Shown here: positions 18,730 through 28,660 of the stretch, piece by piece
How positions within the stretch are numbered: position 1 is the stretch's first letter
Layout: each line of letters starts with the position of its first letter
Origin: an uncultured Gammaproteobacteria bacterium
GTDB taxonomy: Bacteria > Patescibacteriota > Microgenomatia > Levybacterales > UBA12049
Length of the DNA: 64,000 nt
Direction: 5' to 3'
NCBI GenBank assembly: GCA_965230895.1
Contig: OZ246394.1
Location: forward strand, 633,316-697,315
Translations under genes and position numbers: made by a program
The notes under the pieces: generated by a model
Told to the model about the DNA's origin: nothing
Database searches by the model: none
What the model saw: only the letters and a program-made list of their open reading frames with translations

Positions 18730-21700
18730 ATGAAGAAACTAAAACTGTCCATCTTTAGTCTTCTCTTTCTTTCCATTGTCTTTGGATTCTTTTCTATTCA
18801 ACCAGCATTTGCGGATACAGTCACTCTTTCAGGTAGCGTGAAAGACTCTTCAGGTAATGCTATTTCAAATACTACAGTCAGTGTTAATGATCCAAGTGCA
18901 AGCAATACTACAACAGATAGCTCAGGAAATTACAGCCTTGTAATTGAAAGCGGCACATATAATGTCCAAGCTACTCCTCCATCTGGAAGTGGCTTTACTT
19001 CAGCAACCGCTCTTAATCGAAATATCTCATCAAGTACTGTACTTAACTTTGTTCTAGTCCCAACTGGAACTGTTACACTTACAGGGAAAGTACTTGATAG
19101 ATCCAACCAGCCATTAGCGAATCAATCAGTTGGTATTGCCCCATCAGGAACAAATAATTACGTTTTTACTACTACGGATAGTTCAGGAAACTACAGCTTC
19201 TCAACTACTTCCGGCAATTACAAACTTCAAGTTTCAGGCACAAATCCGCTCTCCACAAGTGCTCCATATACATATTCTATTGTTAGCTCAGGTACATTAA
19301 ATATTAACCAGAGCGTCATTATGGATATTCCACTTCCAGTGAAGCAAGTTACTGTTCATGTCCAAGATGTAAATGGAGTAGCACAATCAAATGTTGGATT
19401 ATCTACAAATGCACTTGGCATGCCTTCTACACCGATTGGGACAGTAACAAACGCAACTGGAACTTCTAGTTATCCAGTATCTGCTGGTCTTACAACAGAT
19501 GCATCAGGAAATGCAGTTATGTGGCTCTTCTCTACTCCTCCTTCCGGAAATCGTTATACATTTACAGCGACTCCTCCAAGTGGCAGTAGTTTTGTCACAA
19601 CGAACTTATCTCAAGTTTCAGTGACAAGTGACTCCACTGTTACATTAACCATTCAACAGCCAGTTACTCTCTCAGGTAAAGTTCTTGACCGAGCTAATCA
19701 GCCATTGGCAAATCAAACTGTTGGAATTGCTCCTCAAGGAACAAGTACATTCAGCAATACAACAACAGACAGTAATGGAAATTACAGCTTCTCAGTTGCA
19801 CCAGGCAACTATAGAGTACAAGTTTTGGGAAGTAACAATCCTTTGACAGTTAGTGCACCTCCTAATTATTCAATTGTCAGCTCAGGTACATTATCTTTAA
19901 CCCAGAATACAACTATGGATATTCCATTACCTATCAAGCAAGTGAGCATTCATGTCCAAGATCCATCGGGTAACCCTGCACAAAATATCACGCTCACAAC
20001 TAATTCAGTATCTATGCCATCCATACCTGTGGGGACAGTTACCAATGCTACAGGAACTTCTTCATATAATACTGCTGCAAACTTAAAAACCGATAGCTCA
20101 GGAAATGCCAAAATGTGGTTATTCCAAACTCCAACATCAGGAAATAGATACACAATCACAGCAACTACACCAAGCGGAAGTCCACTAATTACAAGGAGTG
20201 TTAGTTCTGTAGCTGTTCCAAATGACACAAGTATAACAATAGATTTACAGCAACAGGTAACATTAACTGGAAAAGTACTGAATGCATTAGGTTCTCCTCT
20301 AGAGAATCAGACAGTCTCAATTGCTCCTGCTAGTACAACCAACTTTGTAAATTCTGTTACTGACTCTAGCGGAAATTATACATTTACAGTTACATCAGGT
20401 AACTATCTTATTAAAGTTGCAGGAGTAAATAATGCCTTATCGACAAATGCTCCACCGTCATATTCAATTACAAGTTCTGGCACATTGTCACTTACTCAAA
20501 ACACTACAATGGATATTCCGCTACCTTTGAAAGAAGTAACTGTGCAAGTACAAGATATCAATAATAATCCGGTCCAAAATGTCGCTCTATCATCGAACGC
20601 TCCACAACTCCCATCAATTGCAATTGGCACAGTAACAAATGCTACGGGCATATCAAGTTATCCTTCGTCAGCCGGATTAGTGACAAATGCATCTGGTGAA
20701 GCAAAGATGTGGCTCTTCTCAACTCCTCCTTCGGGGAATAGATATACTTTGACGGCACAGCCACCAACTGGTAGTATATTTGATCCATTCAACCTCACAA
20801 ACGTGGCTGTTACAGCAAACCAAACAGAACTTATATCTTTGCAATATAATCACGCAACTCCCGCAACTACAGCTTCAGTGGTTACAGAAAATGAAGATGA
20901 AACCTATTCTAACCCTGCAACAGTTACTCTTTCAGCGACTGCTGCATCAGGATATTCTGTAGCAAATACGTATTACAAGGTAGATGGCGGATCAACTCAA
21001 ACATATACATCTCCATTTACAGTTAGCGGCAATGGCAGCCACACAATCAATTATTGGTCAGTTGATAACAGCGGTGCTCAAGAACAAACAAAAACGACAT
21101 CCTTCGTCATTGCTTCAACAGCGAGATTAACAGGGATAAATGTTGGAGGAAGTAATTCTGGGGACTTCACATCTGACACAGGATATTCAGGGGGAAGTAC
21201 GTATTCTACAAATGACTCTGTTTCAGCCACAGGAGTAACCGATCCTGCTTCACAAGATGTATATCAAACAGTTCGCTATGGTAACTTCTCATACACTATC
21301 TCTAACCTGACTCCAAACGCAGCATATGGCGTAAGATTGCACTTTAATGAACTCTACTGGAATAGTATTGGCGCACGTGTATTCGATGTGAAATACAATG
21401 GACAGACAATTTTAGATAACTACGATATCTATGAAGCTGCTGGTGGGAAAAACAAGGCGGTTGTTACAGAAGCAAACGGTACAGCAGATAGTAACGGGAA
21501 TGTGACGCTTCAGTTTGTAACTGAATTTGATAATGCTATGGTAAGCGGTATTGAGGTATACAGTGGAAACTTAAATGTTCCAACACCTACTCCGACACCA
21601 ACTCTTTCTGTGCCATATGGCATTAATTCAGGAGGATCAACTACTGGAAGTTATGTAGCAGATCGAAACTTTACAGGTGGCTCTTTATACACTACTGCAA

Positions 21701-22053
21701 ATTCAGTTGATACCACAGGATTAACGAATCCAGCACCAGAAGCCGCATACAAGTCTGTACGCTATGGTAATTTCTCCTACAACTTACCAAACCTTAACCC
21801 AGAGACAAATTATGTTTTAAGACTTCACTTTGATGAGTTCTATTGGACATCAATCGGAAGTAGAGTCTTTGATGTCTCAGTTAATGGATCTCAAGTTCTC
21901 AATGATTACGACATTTATGAAGCTGCTGGGGCACAAAATAAGGCGATAATTGAGGATATTCCTGTTACTACGGATGAAGAAGGAGACTTAAATGTTCAGT
22001 TTACCTCAGTGACTGATAATGCAATGGTTAGTGGAATTGAAGTAGTAAACTAA
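18730..22053 (+). CDS. Large secreted/surface protein with carboxypeptidase-regulatory-like beta repeats and two malectin domains
   Basis: Signal peptide ending AFA; three ~198-aa repeats starting near 19072, 19663 and 20257; two copies of (V/L)RLHFxExYW..IGxRVFDV...DNAMVSGIEV; PT linker. Confidence 0.85.
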   Translation: MKKLKLSIFSLLFLSIVFGFFSIQPAFADTVTLSGSVKDSSGNAISNTTVSVNDPSASNTTTDSSGNYSLVIESGTYNVQATPPSGSGFTSATALNRNISSSTVLNFVLVPTGTVTLTGKVLDRSNQPLANQSVGIAPSGTNNYVFTTTDSSGNYSFSTTSGNYKLQVSGTNPLSTSAPYTYSIVSSGTLNINQSVIMDIPLPVKQVTVHVQDVNGVAQSNVGLSTNALGMPSTPIGTVTNATGTSSYPVSAGLTTDASGNAVMWLFSTPPSGNRYTFTATPPSGSSFVTTNLSQVSVTSDSTVTLTIQQPVTLSGKVLDRANQPLANQTVGIAPQGTSTFSNTTTDSNGNYSFSVAPGNYRVQVLGSNNPLTVSAPPNYSIVSSGTLSLTQNTTMDIPLPIKQVSIHVQDPSGNPAQNITLTTNSVSMPSIPVGTVTNATGTSSYNTAANLKTDSSGNAKMWLFQTPTSGNRYTITATTPSGSPLITRSVSSVAVPNDTSITIDLQQQVTLTGKVLNALGSPLENQTVSIAPASTTNFVNSVTDSSGNYTFTVTSGNYLIKVAGVNNALSTNAPPSYSITSSGTLSLTQNTTMDIPLPLKEVTVQVQDINNNPVQNVALSSNAPQLPSIAIGTVTNATGISSYPSSAGLVTNASGEAKMWLFSTPPSGNRYTLTAQPPTGSIFDPFNLTNVAVTANQTELISLQYNHATPATTASVVTENEDETYSNPATVTLSATAASGYSVANTYYKVDGGSTQTYTSPFTVSGNGSHTINYWSVDNSGAQEQTKTTSFVIASTARLTGINVGGSNSGDFTSDTGYSGGSTYSTNDSVSATGVTDPASQDVYQTVRYGNFSYTISNLTPNAAYGVRLHFNELYWNSIGARVFDVKYNGQTILDNYDIYEAAGGKNKAVVTEANGTADSNGNVTLQFVTEFDNAMVSGIEVYSGNLNVPTPTPTPTLSVPYGINSGGSTTGSYVADRNFTGGSLYTTANSVDTTGLTNPAPEAAYKSVRYGNFSYNLPNLNPETNYVLRLHFDEFYWTSIGSRVFDVSVNGSQVLNDYDIYEAAGAQNKAIIEDIPVTTDEEGDLNVQFTSVTDNAMVSGIEVVN

Positions 22054-22079
22054 TTACTCTCCTCCAACTTTTTCAAACT

Positions 22080-22362
22080 AGTTTCAATTACATTTTGCCT
22101 AAAGCATCTCTAGTTATATCTAAATCAATTCGATCGTCCTCATCTATTACCTTTTTAAAGGCTTGTATTGCCTTTTCAAGCACTTTATCTACTGGAGACG
22201 ACCGTTTTCAAGGGAGAGTCATTTACTGTGTCTATGAGGTCCTCAAGTACATAGTCACTGTAGTATTTATCCGTAATATCAACGCTTGTATATCGAAGTG
22301 TTCGCGAGACCAACGGCAAAGATAGTCGTCTAAGGCTTGTGTAACTTTTGACCTTGCAACAT
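22080..22362 (-). pseudogene. Internally deleted, frameshifted tyrosine integrase remnant (paralog of 39875-40882)
   Basis: Manual translation: MLQGQKL-(frameshift)-QALDDY joined to LVSRTLRYTSVDITDKYYSDYVLEDLIDTVNDSPL, matching the N- and C-termini of the intact integrase. Confidence 0.85.
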
Positions 22363-22470
22363 AAAGAATTACTTTTGAATTCCTTACGTGCATATTCTTT
22401 CTACAGCTCTAACATGAGGTTAGGTAAGTGTTAATCTTAATATTAATTTCTACGGATACCTTAAAGGATA

Positions 22471-22511
22471 TTGAGCGGGCGATGGGAGTCGGACCCACTG
22501 CCTTCTCCTTG
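22471..22511 (-). repeat. att copy at the island A/B junction (tRNA-Gly 3' half)
   Basis: 41 bp identical to 40988-41028. Confidence 0.92.
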
Positions 22512-22634
22512 TAGGAAGCGTGTCCCGCACAAGAAATGTCAAAAGTATGTAGCAAATACTAGCAAACCGTAGAGGTAATAGCAAACGTTGAAAACCACAC
22601 AATGAGCACAGAAGAGACAGCGAATGTTACTTGA

Positions 22635-23411
22635 TTAATTCTTTGCCAAGAACTTTAACAATGCTTCATTAAAGACTTCTGGGGACTCAATATGAGAAAA
22701 ATGCGTTGCATGTGGTACTTCAAGCAAAGTGGAACCTTTTATTAACTTATGTGCTGTCTTTCCAATAAGTGGATTAGTTATAAAATCCTTTTCTCCAACA
22801 ACAATAAGCGTTTTAGCTTTGATCTTGCCAAATTTTTCTTTGAGACTTTCAAACGGTCGTGTATGAATATCCAGCATTCTTCGAGATCTTCGGGAATTCA
22901 GGATAATTCGGTTCTCATACGATTTAGGTTTGAAAATAGTCGTGTGAGACTTATAAAGGAAGTTTGGAAAAAGATATTTCCCGAATCTTACAACGACATG
23001 TTGATTAAACTCCGACTTAAGCGAAGAGAAAGGCAATCCTCCACTGCTATAGAGTACAAGTTTTTTGACAGGAAATTGTGCAGCATAAGCTGTAGCAATC
23101 CTTCCTCCGAAAGAATGTCCAATGATAATTGGATCTTTAACTCCTTTCTCAGCTGCAAATGCATGGACAAATTCAGCATACTCACTAAGATTCCAAACCT
23201 TTGGTGGTTCTTGGCTCAATCCAAAGCCAGGTAAATCAGGTGCAAGTACATGATATTTCTTTGATAGTCGCTCTGTGATATTGCTCCAGAATGCATGCGA
23301 TTGCCCCCACCCGTGAAGTAAGAGAATATAGTTGTTTCCCGCTCCAAGCTCTTCATAGAATACATCCATATCGGATACAACAATCTTTTTTAAGTTAGTT
23401 TGTTCTTTCAT
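22635..23411 (-). CDS. Alpha/beta fold hydrolase
   Basis: LLHGWG, DLPGFGLS, GHSFGG nucleophile elbow, GEKD, H near the C-terminus. Confidence 0.92.
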   Translation of the reverse strand: MKEQTNLKKIVVSDMDVFYEELGAGNNYILLLHGWGQSHAFWSNITERLSKKYHVLAPDLPGFGLSQEPPKVWNLSEYAEFVHAFAAEKGVKDPIIIGHSFGGRIATAYAAQFPVKKLVLYSSGGLPFSSLKSEFNQHVVVRFGKYLFPNFLYKSHTTIFKPKSYENRIILNSRRSRRMLDIHTRPFESLKEKFGKIKAKTLIVVGEKDFITNPLIGKTAHKLIKGSTLLEVPHATHFSHIESPEVFNEALLKFLAKN

Positions 23412-23464
23412 AAACTGTTCCTTCTCGATCTCCTTTCGGATAATCTTCAAAACAAATAAAGCTA

Positions 23465-23995
23465 CTAAGTAGATTGAAGAGTTTTAATTATTTTGTCCAC
23501 TGCTTCCACAGGAGAAAGAGCTGTTGTGTCTATTATTAGTTGTTCGTCGAAATCTATTTTGCTCAATGATTCAGGATATTGTTCTACCCATTGATTAAAT
23601 CTTTTTACTGTATTAATCTTATTCATTTCCTTGCGCGAATCACTTTCAATCCGTTTCTCTATAGTTTCTTCAGACGCTGTGAGATGCACGACGAGCACTC
23701 TCCCTCCAGCATTAGTAACAACATGCACAAGTTGTCTATAGAAGGCTTCATTGTCGCGCATAATGACACCAGTTGCTATGAGGTTTATATTAGCACTAAC
23801 TGCTTCTTCGATTATCCTTAAACGGAATTCTTTTTCTAGTTTCTTGCGTATTGGATGATCAAAACCGAAGACCTCGCTCAGAGCATTAAGAATTATGTGA
23901 TTATGAAGAAATGTAAAGCCTGTTGTCTTAGCTAATTCTTTAGCTACAGTATATTTGCCCGTTCCTGGAGCTCCATAAAAGAGAATAAACTTCAT
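23465..23995 (-). CDS. P-loop small-molecule kinase (AAA_33/shikimate kinase-like)
   Basis: FILFYGAPGTGKYT, FLHNH, RIESDSR lid, IDTT. Confidence 0.8.
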   Translation of the reverse strand: MKFILFYGAPGTGKYTVAKELAKTTGFTFLHNHIILNALSEVFGFDHPIRKKLEKEFRLRIIEEAVSANINLIATGVIMRDNEAFYRQLVHVVTNAGGRVLVVHLTASEETIEKRIESDSRKEMNKINTVKRFNQWVEQYPESLSKIDFDEQLIIDTTALSPVEAVDKIIKTLQST

Positions 23996-24014
23996 ATTAG
24001 TAATAATATTAGTG

Positions 24015-25289
24015 TCATTTAAACTGGAAATCAAATTCTTGATCAGGTCTTACAAGTGTAAACTTCAGTTTTGGTTTGGGATCATTTGCACACGAAATAT
24101 CTTCTGTACTTGCGAGCACTGCAGGGACATATTCTCTATGTATAGCTTGCGTCAAATGTTTTCCAAAGCATCTTCGTAATCCTGGACTGAATTGTAAATC
24201 ATATGTTCCTTTTTGGCTTGTGGTAGCATCCTCCTGGTCTGGCAAAGTAAATAATGGTACAGCAAGAAGTGAACCAACTGGCATTACTCCTGTTGAAATT
24301 TCTAATGGCGCGGTTGTCCTGCGCAAAATAAAAGTCGATGTAGGGTGCGTCTCAGCAGATGACTCAAGAAATTGTCTACATAACACTGGAAAGTCATCAG
24401 TACCCAAAGACTCCCTTAATCCCGCTTGTGTTTCTTTATCTTTTGCGAGGTTATATGTAATCCATTCAAGTGAAGTTGCGAGCTCACCTTGTCCCGTAAT
24501 AGTTCCTCGGAAAGTTTCCATAACCTGATCTTGTGCTTGTGTACGTAATACCTGCGTTAAAACTCCTTCAGTTCCTTGGTTAACCGCTCTTGTTAGTACA
24601 TGGTCTAAAGTATCTGTATATGGAGTAAGTCTTTTTTCTGCATACCGTCTAACTGGACCAATTCTTCCTGTCTTTAATACCAATAATGGACTCGTTACAT
24701 AGTAACTATTGAAGCTGTCAATAATCTGATCTGCCTCTTCTACTGGAAGTTGTTGACCAAGATATGTTCCTAATATTGCTCTTGCAGCAAATCTCCTGAA
24801 TAATCTTGAAGAAGGGACATCCTCTTTTATTAACTCCTCAGTTAAACTTTCGGTTGCTGATCCTACTGCTTCTCCAACTATCTCTTCATGTTTCTTTAAA
24901 TTTCTGGGCGAAACTGAAGGTGACAATTCTGTTCGTGCGACTTTCCATTCTTGCAAATTTTCGTTATCCTGTATAACCCCTCCCTGAGTTGCTATAAGAA
25001 ATCTTTTTTCTCCTGTAGGCATAGTAACGTCCTCAAAATCTCTCATCAATACTTGCCTAGCTAAACTCCTTGATGTGACTAGATAGGATTGACGAAATCC
25101 CGGTACAGAAATAGGCAATCGCATTAAATCAGCTTGTGTTCCTACTTGTTGAACCATATTCCTCCATGGTTCAAGGTACAAGGATCTCGGAAACTGTGGA
25201 TTTGTACGATTAAGACTTAAAATACTGCCTGTAATCTCAGCGACACTTGGTGTATATGCTTCTGGTAATCTTTCTCTTTCTGTAGCCAT
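24015..25289 (-). CDS. Highly divergent cytochrome P450
   Basis: Heme-thiolate motif FSPGLRRCFGK, WKVARTELSP (C-helix WxxxR), I-helix-like ATSLEWITYNLA. Confidence 0.75.
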   Translation of the reverse strand: MATERERLPEAYTPSVAEITGSILSLNRTNPQFPRSLYLEPWRNMVQQVGTQADLMRLPISVPGFRQSYLVTSRSLARQVLMRDFEDVTMPTGEKRFLIATQGGVIQDNENLQEWKVARTELSPSVSPRNLKKHEEIVGEAVGSATESLTEELIKEDVPSSRLFRRFAARAILGTYLGQQLPVEEADQIIDSFNSYYVTSPLLVLKTGRIGPVRRYAEKRLTPYTDTLDHVLTRAVNQGTEGVLTQVLRTQAQDQVMETFRGTITGQGELATSLEWITYNLAKDKETQAGLRESLGTDDFPVLCRQFLESSAETHPTSTFILRRTTAPLEISTGVMPVGSLLAVPLFTLPDQEDATTSQKGTYDLQFSPGLRRCFGKHLTQAIHREYVPAVLASTEDISCANDPKPKLKFTLVRPDQEFDFQFK

Positions 25290-25363
25290 AAATGAAACAG
25301 AATTATACCATAGGATATAGTAAGAGTTGCTTTATCTCAAAGAATTTTTTATAATCTCGATTC

Positions 25364-26521
25364 ATGGAAAGACCTCAATTAAGAAAAGACATTCCTCTAT
25401 CAGAGCGGGGGTTCGCACGTGGATCTGAAATTGCCCTTTTAAACGATGTTCAATATAAAGATCAACTTAGACTTCTTATTCCCCAAGCAAAAAAAAGAGT
25501 TTGGATACAAACAATGACCTTTGATGGAAAAGGTAATTTCCCAGAATTCCAAGCTTTATTTGGTGAGACAGCAGAAAGAGGCATTGATACAAGGTTCACA
25601 GTAGATGCTTTTCATAGGATGCATGTCGCTGATTCGCTTTATTACCAGCCTCATTTATCACGAAGAAGGAGGCAAGAAGTGCGGGATTCTAAAACTGGCA
25701 AAAAGGATGCATTAGCTGAACTTGAAGAAAGCGGGGTTCAAGTTATTGAAACAAATCCTCCAAGAGGTATTATGGAGAAACTTAATCCTGCACGAGGAAG
25801 GAATCACAGAAAAATGGCGGTTATCGACGATGTTGTCTTTGTCGGAGATCAGCATCATTTCGTAGAACATAGTCAGCCCGGTACAATGACTCGTGTGACA
25901 GATCCAATACTTGTGGAGGGCCTTGCGGATATTTATGAATCAGCTGGGAAAGGGCCTGGTGGAGAGGATTACGAATTAGTTGGTTCTGATGGCACCACAC
26001 TTCTTGTAGATGCTGGTGTTCCAGGAAGATCTCTAATTATGGATCACGCAAAAGCAGCGATAGAAGGTGCACAGCAAAGTGTGGTAATGACCAATCAACA
26101 TACTTCTGATGGAGAACTTGTCGTAGCAATGCAAGCGGCGCAGGATAATGGTGCTTCGGGAAAAATGATTGTTGGTGATCCGAACTTGCTAGATTTTCCT
26201 TTGTCATGGATGTTTGATACAAAAAGCCAGTTACAATCAAAAAAAGCAGGTATAACAATTCCTACATACGAGAATCCTGTATGGATACATTCAAATTTAC
26301 TTTTGGTAGATGAAGACCTTCCTTCAGCACAGGTCTTTATGGGTACAAGATGTTATTCGGATATGATTACTAATTGGGGTTCTCAAGAAGTCGCATTACA
26401 ATCCAGAAATCCTGAATTCATTGGGCAGGTAGGGGCACATTTGCGTAGATTAGAGGATGAGTCAAAAGTACGAAAGCCAGACCGAACAGTAAGAGAAATT
26501 GTGTTTAGCAGAGGCTCCTAA
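25364..26521 (+). CDS. Phospholipase D/cardiolipin-synthase-like protein with a degenerate second HKD
   Basis: RNHRKMAVIDD (HxKx4D), IHSNLLLVD (HxNx4D), AERGI..RFTVDAF. Confidence 0.75.
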   Translation: MERPQLRKDIPLSERGFARGSEIALLNDVQYKDQLRLLIPQAKKRVWIQTMTFDGKGNFPEFQALFGETAERGIDTRFTVDAFHRMHVADSLYYQPHLSRRRRQEVRDSKTGKKDALAELEESGVQVIETNPPRGIMEKLNPARGRNHRKMAVIDDVVFVGDQHHFVEHSQPGTMTRVTDPILVEGLADIYESAGKGPGGEDYELVGSDGTTLLVDAGVPGRSLIMDHAKAAIEGAQQSVVMTNQHTSDGELVVAMQAAQDNGASGKMIVGDPNLLDFPLSWMFDTKSQLQSKKAGITIPTYENPVWIHSNLLLVDEDLPSAQVFMGTRCYSDMITNWGSQEVALQSRNPEFIGQVGAHLRRLEDESKVRKPDRTVREIVFSRGS

Positions 26522-26548
26522 CCAATATTTTAATGCTATAATTATCAG

Positions 26549-27340
26549 ATGAGTAAAACAAATCAACTAAAAATAAGCTCCTCAATTACAGATTTTGCAC
26601 CGCTATTTTTCGATTTAGAATACATGTTCAAAGGTTTAAAAAATGCAGGCGTCGATGGTGTAGAACTTGTAATCGGTTTGAAATCACGTTGGACTGTAGA
26701 TAGAGTAAAACACCTCTCGAAGAAATATAGTTTACCCGTTACAAGCATTCATCAGCCAGTTTGGGGTGGATTAGGACTATCTTTTGATGAAGGTTTTTTT
26801 GACATAGCCAAACAATTAGGTGCAAAGAAAGTTGTTTGTCATCCTATTCCCAGATATTCGCTCCAAGAAAAACCCATGCAAGAATATCTTAAAAGACTTT
26901 CTCATATAAAGAAGAATAAAGGGATAGATATCCTTGTAGAAAATCTCTCTCCAAACTATGATAATAAGCTTGTGGATCCCTTCTTCCCTTTAGGTAAAGA
27001 TACTGGAAACATGCAAGAACTGTATTTAGCAGCTAGAGCACACAATCTTGATGTCACACTAGACATAGACCATCTTGCAAAAACAAAGCCACACAAGGAA
27101 AAATGGCTAAAGGAAATGATTCCTCATATTGGCAATGTGCATTTAAGTAGTTTTACACCAGTAGAACATCATATGCCTTTATACATGGGAGATTTCAAAG
27201 CAAAAGAATTTGTACAATATCTGCAGAAAATGAACTATAAAGGATTATTGACGTTTGAAATATACTATCCTACTTTTCTCAAACCTTTTGGATATGATTT
27301 TGACGCAATCAAAAAATCTGTCCAAGTCTTGAAAGGTTAG
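26549..27340 (+). CDS. Sugar-phosphate isomerase/epimerase (xylose isomerase-like TIM barrel)
   Basis: GVDGVEL, SIHQP, VENL, TLDIDH, VHLS, H, TFEI metal ligands. Confidence 0.8.
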   Translation: MSKTNQLKISSSITDFAPLFFDLEYMFKGLKNAGVDGVELVIGLKSRWTVDRVKHLSKKYSLPVTSIHQPVWGGLGLSFDEGFFDIAKQLGAKKVVCHPIPRYSLQEKPMQEYLKRLSHIKKNKGIDILVENLSPNYDNKLVDPFFPLGKDTGNMQELYLAARAHNLDVTLDIDHLAKTKPHKEKWLKEMIPHIGNVHLSSFTPVEHHMPLYMGDFKAKEFVQYLQKMNYKGLLTFEIYYPTFLKPFGYDFDAIKKSVQVLKG

Positions 27341-27395
27341 ATTTTTGTATTGCTATATCTGCTCCTTTTTATTAGAATGATCTTTATAAAAGAAT

Positions 27396-28655
27396 ATGTT
27401 TAATGTTGCCAAATTCCGACAACAATTCCCAGCATTGCGTACTGATAAACCTCCTATATTTCTTGATGCTGTCGGAGGAACTCAAGTTCCACAAACAGTA
27501 GTTGATGCTGTTACCGACCATCTTATTACTAAGAATGGTAACAAGGGTGGTGTCTTCCCTACAAGTGTAAAAACAGACGAGATGATGGAAGAAACTCGAA
27601 AGATAGTGGCAGAGTTTATAAATGCTCCTGATTCAGACGAAATCATATTTGGTCCAAACTTCACTACTTTGACATTTAGTATGAGTCGTTCATTAGCCAA
27701 GACTTGGAAACAAGGAGATGAAATTATCTTAACTCGCTTGGATCACGATGCTAATGTTTCTCCATGGGTACTTGCAGCCGAAGATGCAGGTGTTACAGTT
27801 CGCTACATAGATATTGACGATAGCACTTGCCAATTGGATTTAGAGGGATATAAAAATATACTCTCAGAGAAAACTAAGCTTGTTGCTTTTTGCGCAGCTT
27901 CAAGTTCTGTTGGAACTCGAACTGATGTAAAAACTATTGCGAGAATGGCTCATGAAGTTGGCGCGCTTGTTTATGTTGATGCCGTTGCATATGCACCACA
28001 TGATTCGATTGATGTACAAGAATGGGAAGCTGACTTTGTAGGATGTTCAGGTTATAAATTCTTTGGACCCCATGTTGGATTTTTATGGGGCAAGCGAAAA
28101 TACCTTGAAACGCTTCCTGCGTATAAGATACGGCCTGCACCTAATAAAATTCCAGGAAAATGGATGAATGGAGCACAAGCGTTTGAAATAGTTACTGGTG
28201 CAAAAGCATCTATTGAGTATCTTGCTCAGGTAGGGAAAGAAAATCCATCTTACCAAAAAGCATATCCGGATTTTACTGGTAGACAATTAGATATTCATGC
28301 TGGTATGGCTGCAATTGCAGATTATGAATCTACATTAACATGGAAATTTATTAATGAAATTAAGAAGCGTCCACAGTTTACTCTTTGGGGAATTGATGAT
28401 GAAAAAGATAAAATGCAACGCGTTCCAACTATAGCTGTGTCATTAGGGAATGAACCTTCAGATAAAATTGCAAAATACCTTGCTGAAAATAATATTTACA
28501 TTTGGAGTAGAAGTGTATATTCAATCTCTCTGTCAGAACGACTTGGACTAGAACAAACGGGCGGATTTATCCGAGTTGGATTTGTTCATTACAATACACC
28601 TGAGGAAATCGATACTTTACTTGAAGCTTTGGACAATTACAAAATCTCTGAATAA
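27396..28655 (+). CDS. Cysteine desulfurase-like PLP enzyme (class V aminotransferase, VC1184-type)
   Basis: FLDAVGGTQVP, DHDANVSPW, DAVAYAPH, CSGYKFFGPH, RVGFVHYNT. Confidence 0.88.
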   Translation: MFNVAKFRQQFPALRTDKPPIFLDAVGGTQVPQTVVDAVTDHLITKNGNKGGVFPTSVKTDEMMEETRKIVAEFINAPDSDEIIFGPNFTTLTFSMSRSLAKTWKQGDEIILTRLDHDANVSPWVLAAEDAGVTVRYIDIDDSTCQLDLEGYKNILSEKTKLVAFCAASSSVGTRTDVKTIARMAHEVGALVYVDAVAYAPHDSIDVQEWEADFVGCSGYKFFGPHVGFLWGKRKYLETLPAYKIRPAPNKIPGKWMNGAQAFEIVTGAKASIEYLAQVGKENPSYQKAYPDFTGRQLDIHAGMAAIADYESTLTWKFINEIKKRPQFTLWGIDDEKDKMQRVPTIAVSLGNEPSDKIAKYLAENNIYIWSRSVYSISLSERLGLEQTGGFIRVGFVHYNTPEEIDTLLEALDNYKISE

Positions 28656-28660
28656 CTAAA

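Larger units (their letters stand above)
16230..22470. mobile_element. Island B: older, decayed tRNA-Gly island (~6.2 kb)
   Basis: Bounded by tRNA-Gly att copies, with an integrase remnant next to the proximal att. Confidence 0.78.

Noticed and set aside
22095-22325. 76-aa ORF on the plus strand
   Set aside because: It is the antisense shadow of the integrase pseudogene.
22445-22457. AATTTCTAC resembling a Cas12a repeat start; TTTCTACGGAT also occurs at ~34924
   Set aside because: There is no repeat-spacer periodicity and no cas gene, so this is a short chance match. No CRISPR array was seen anywhere in the window.
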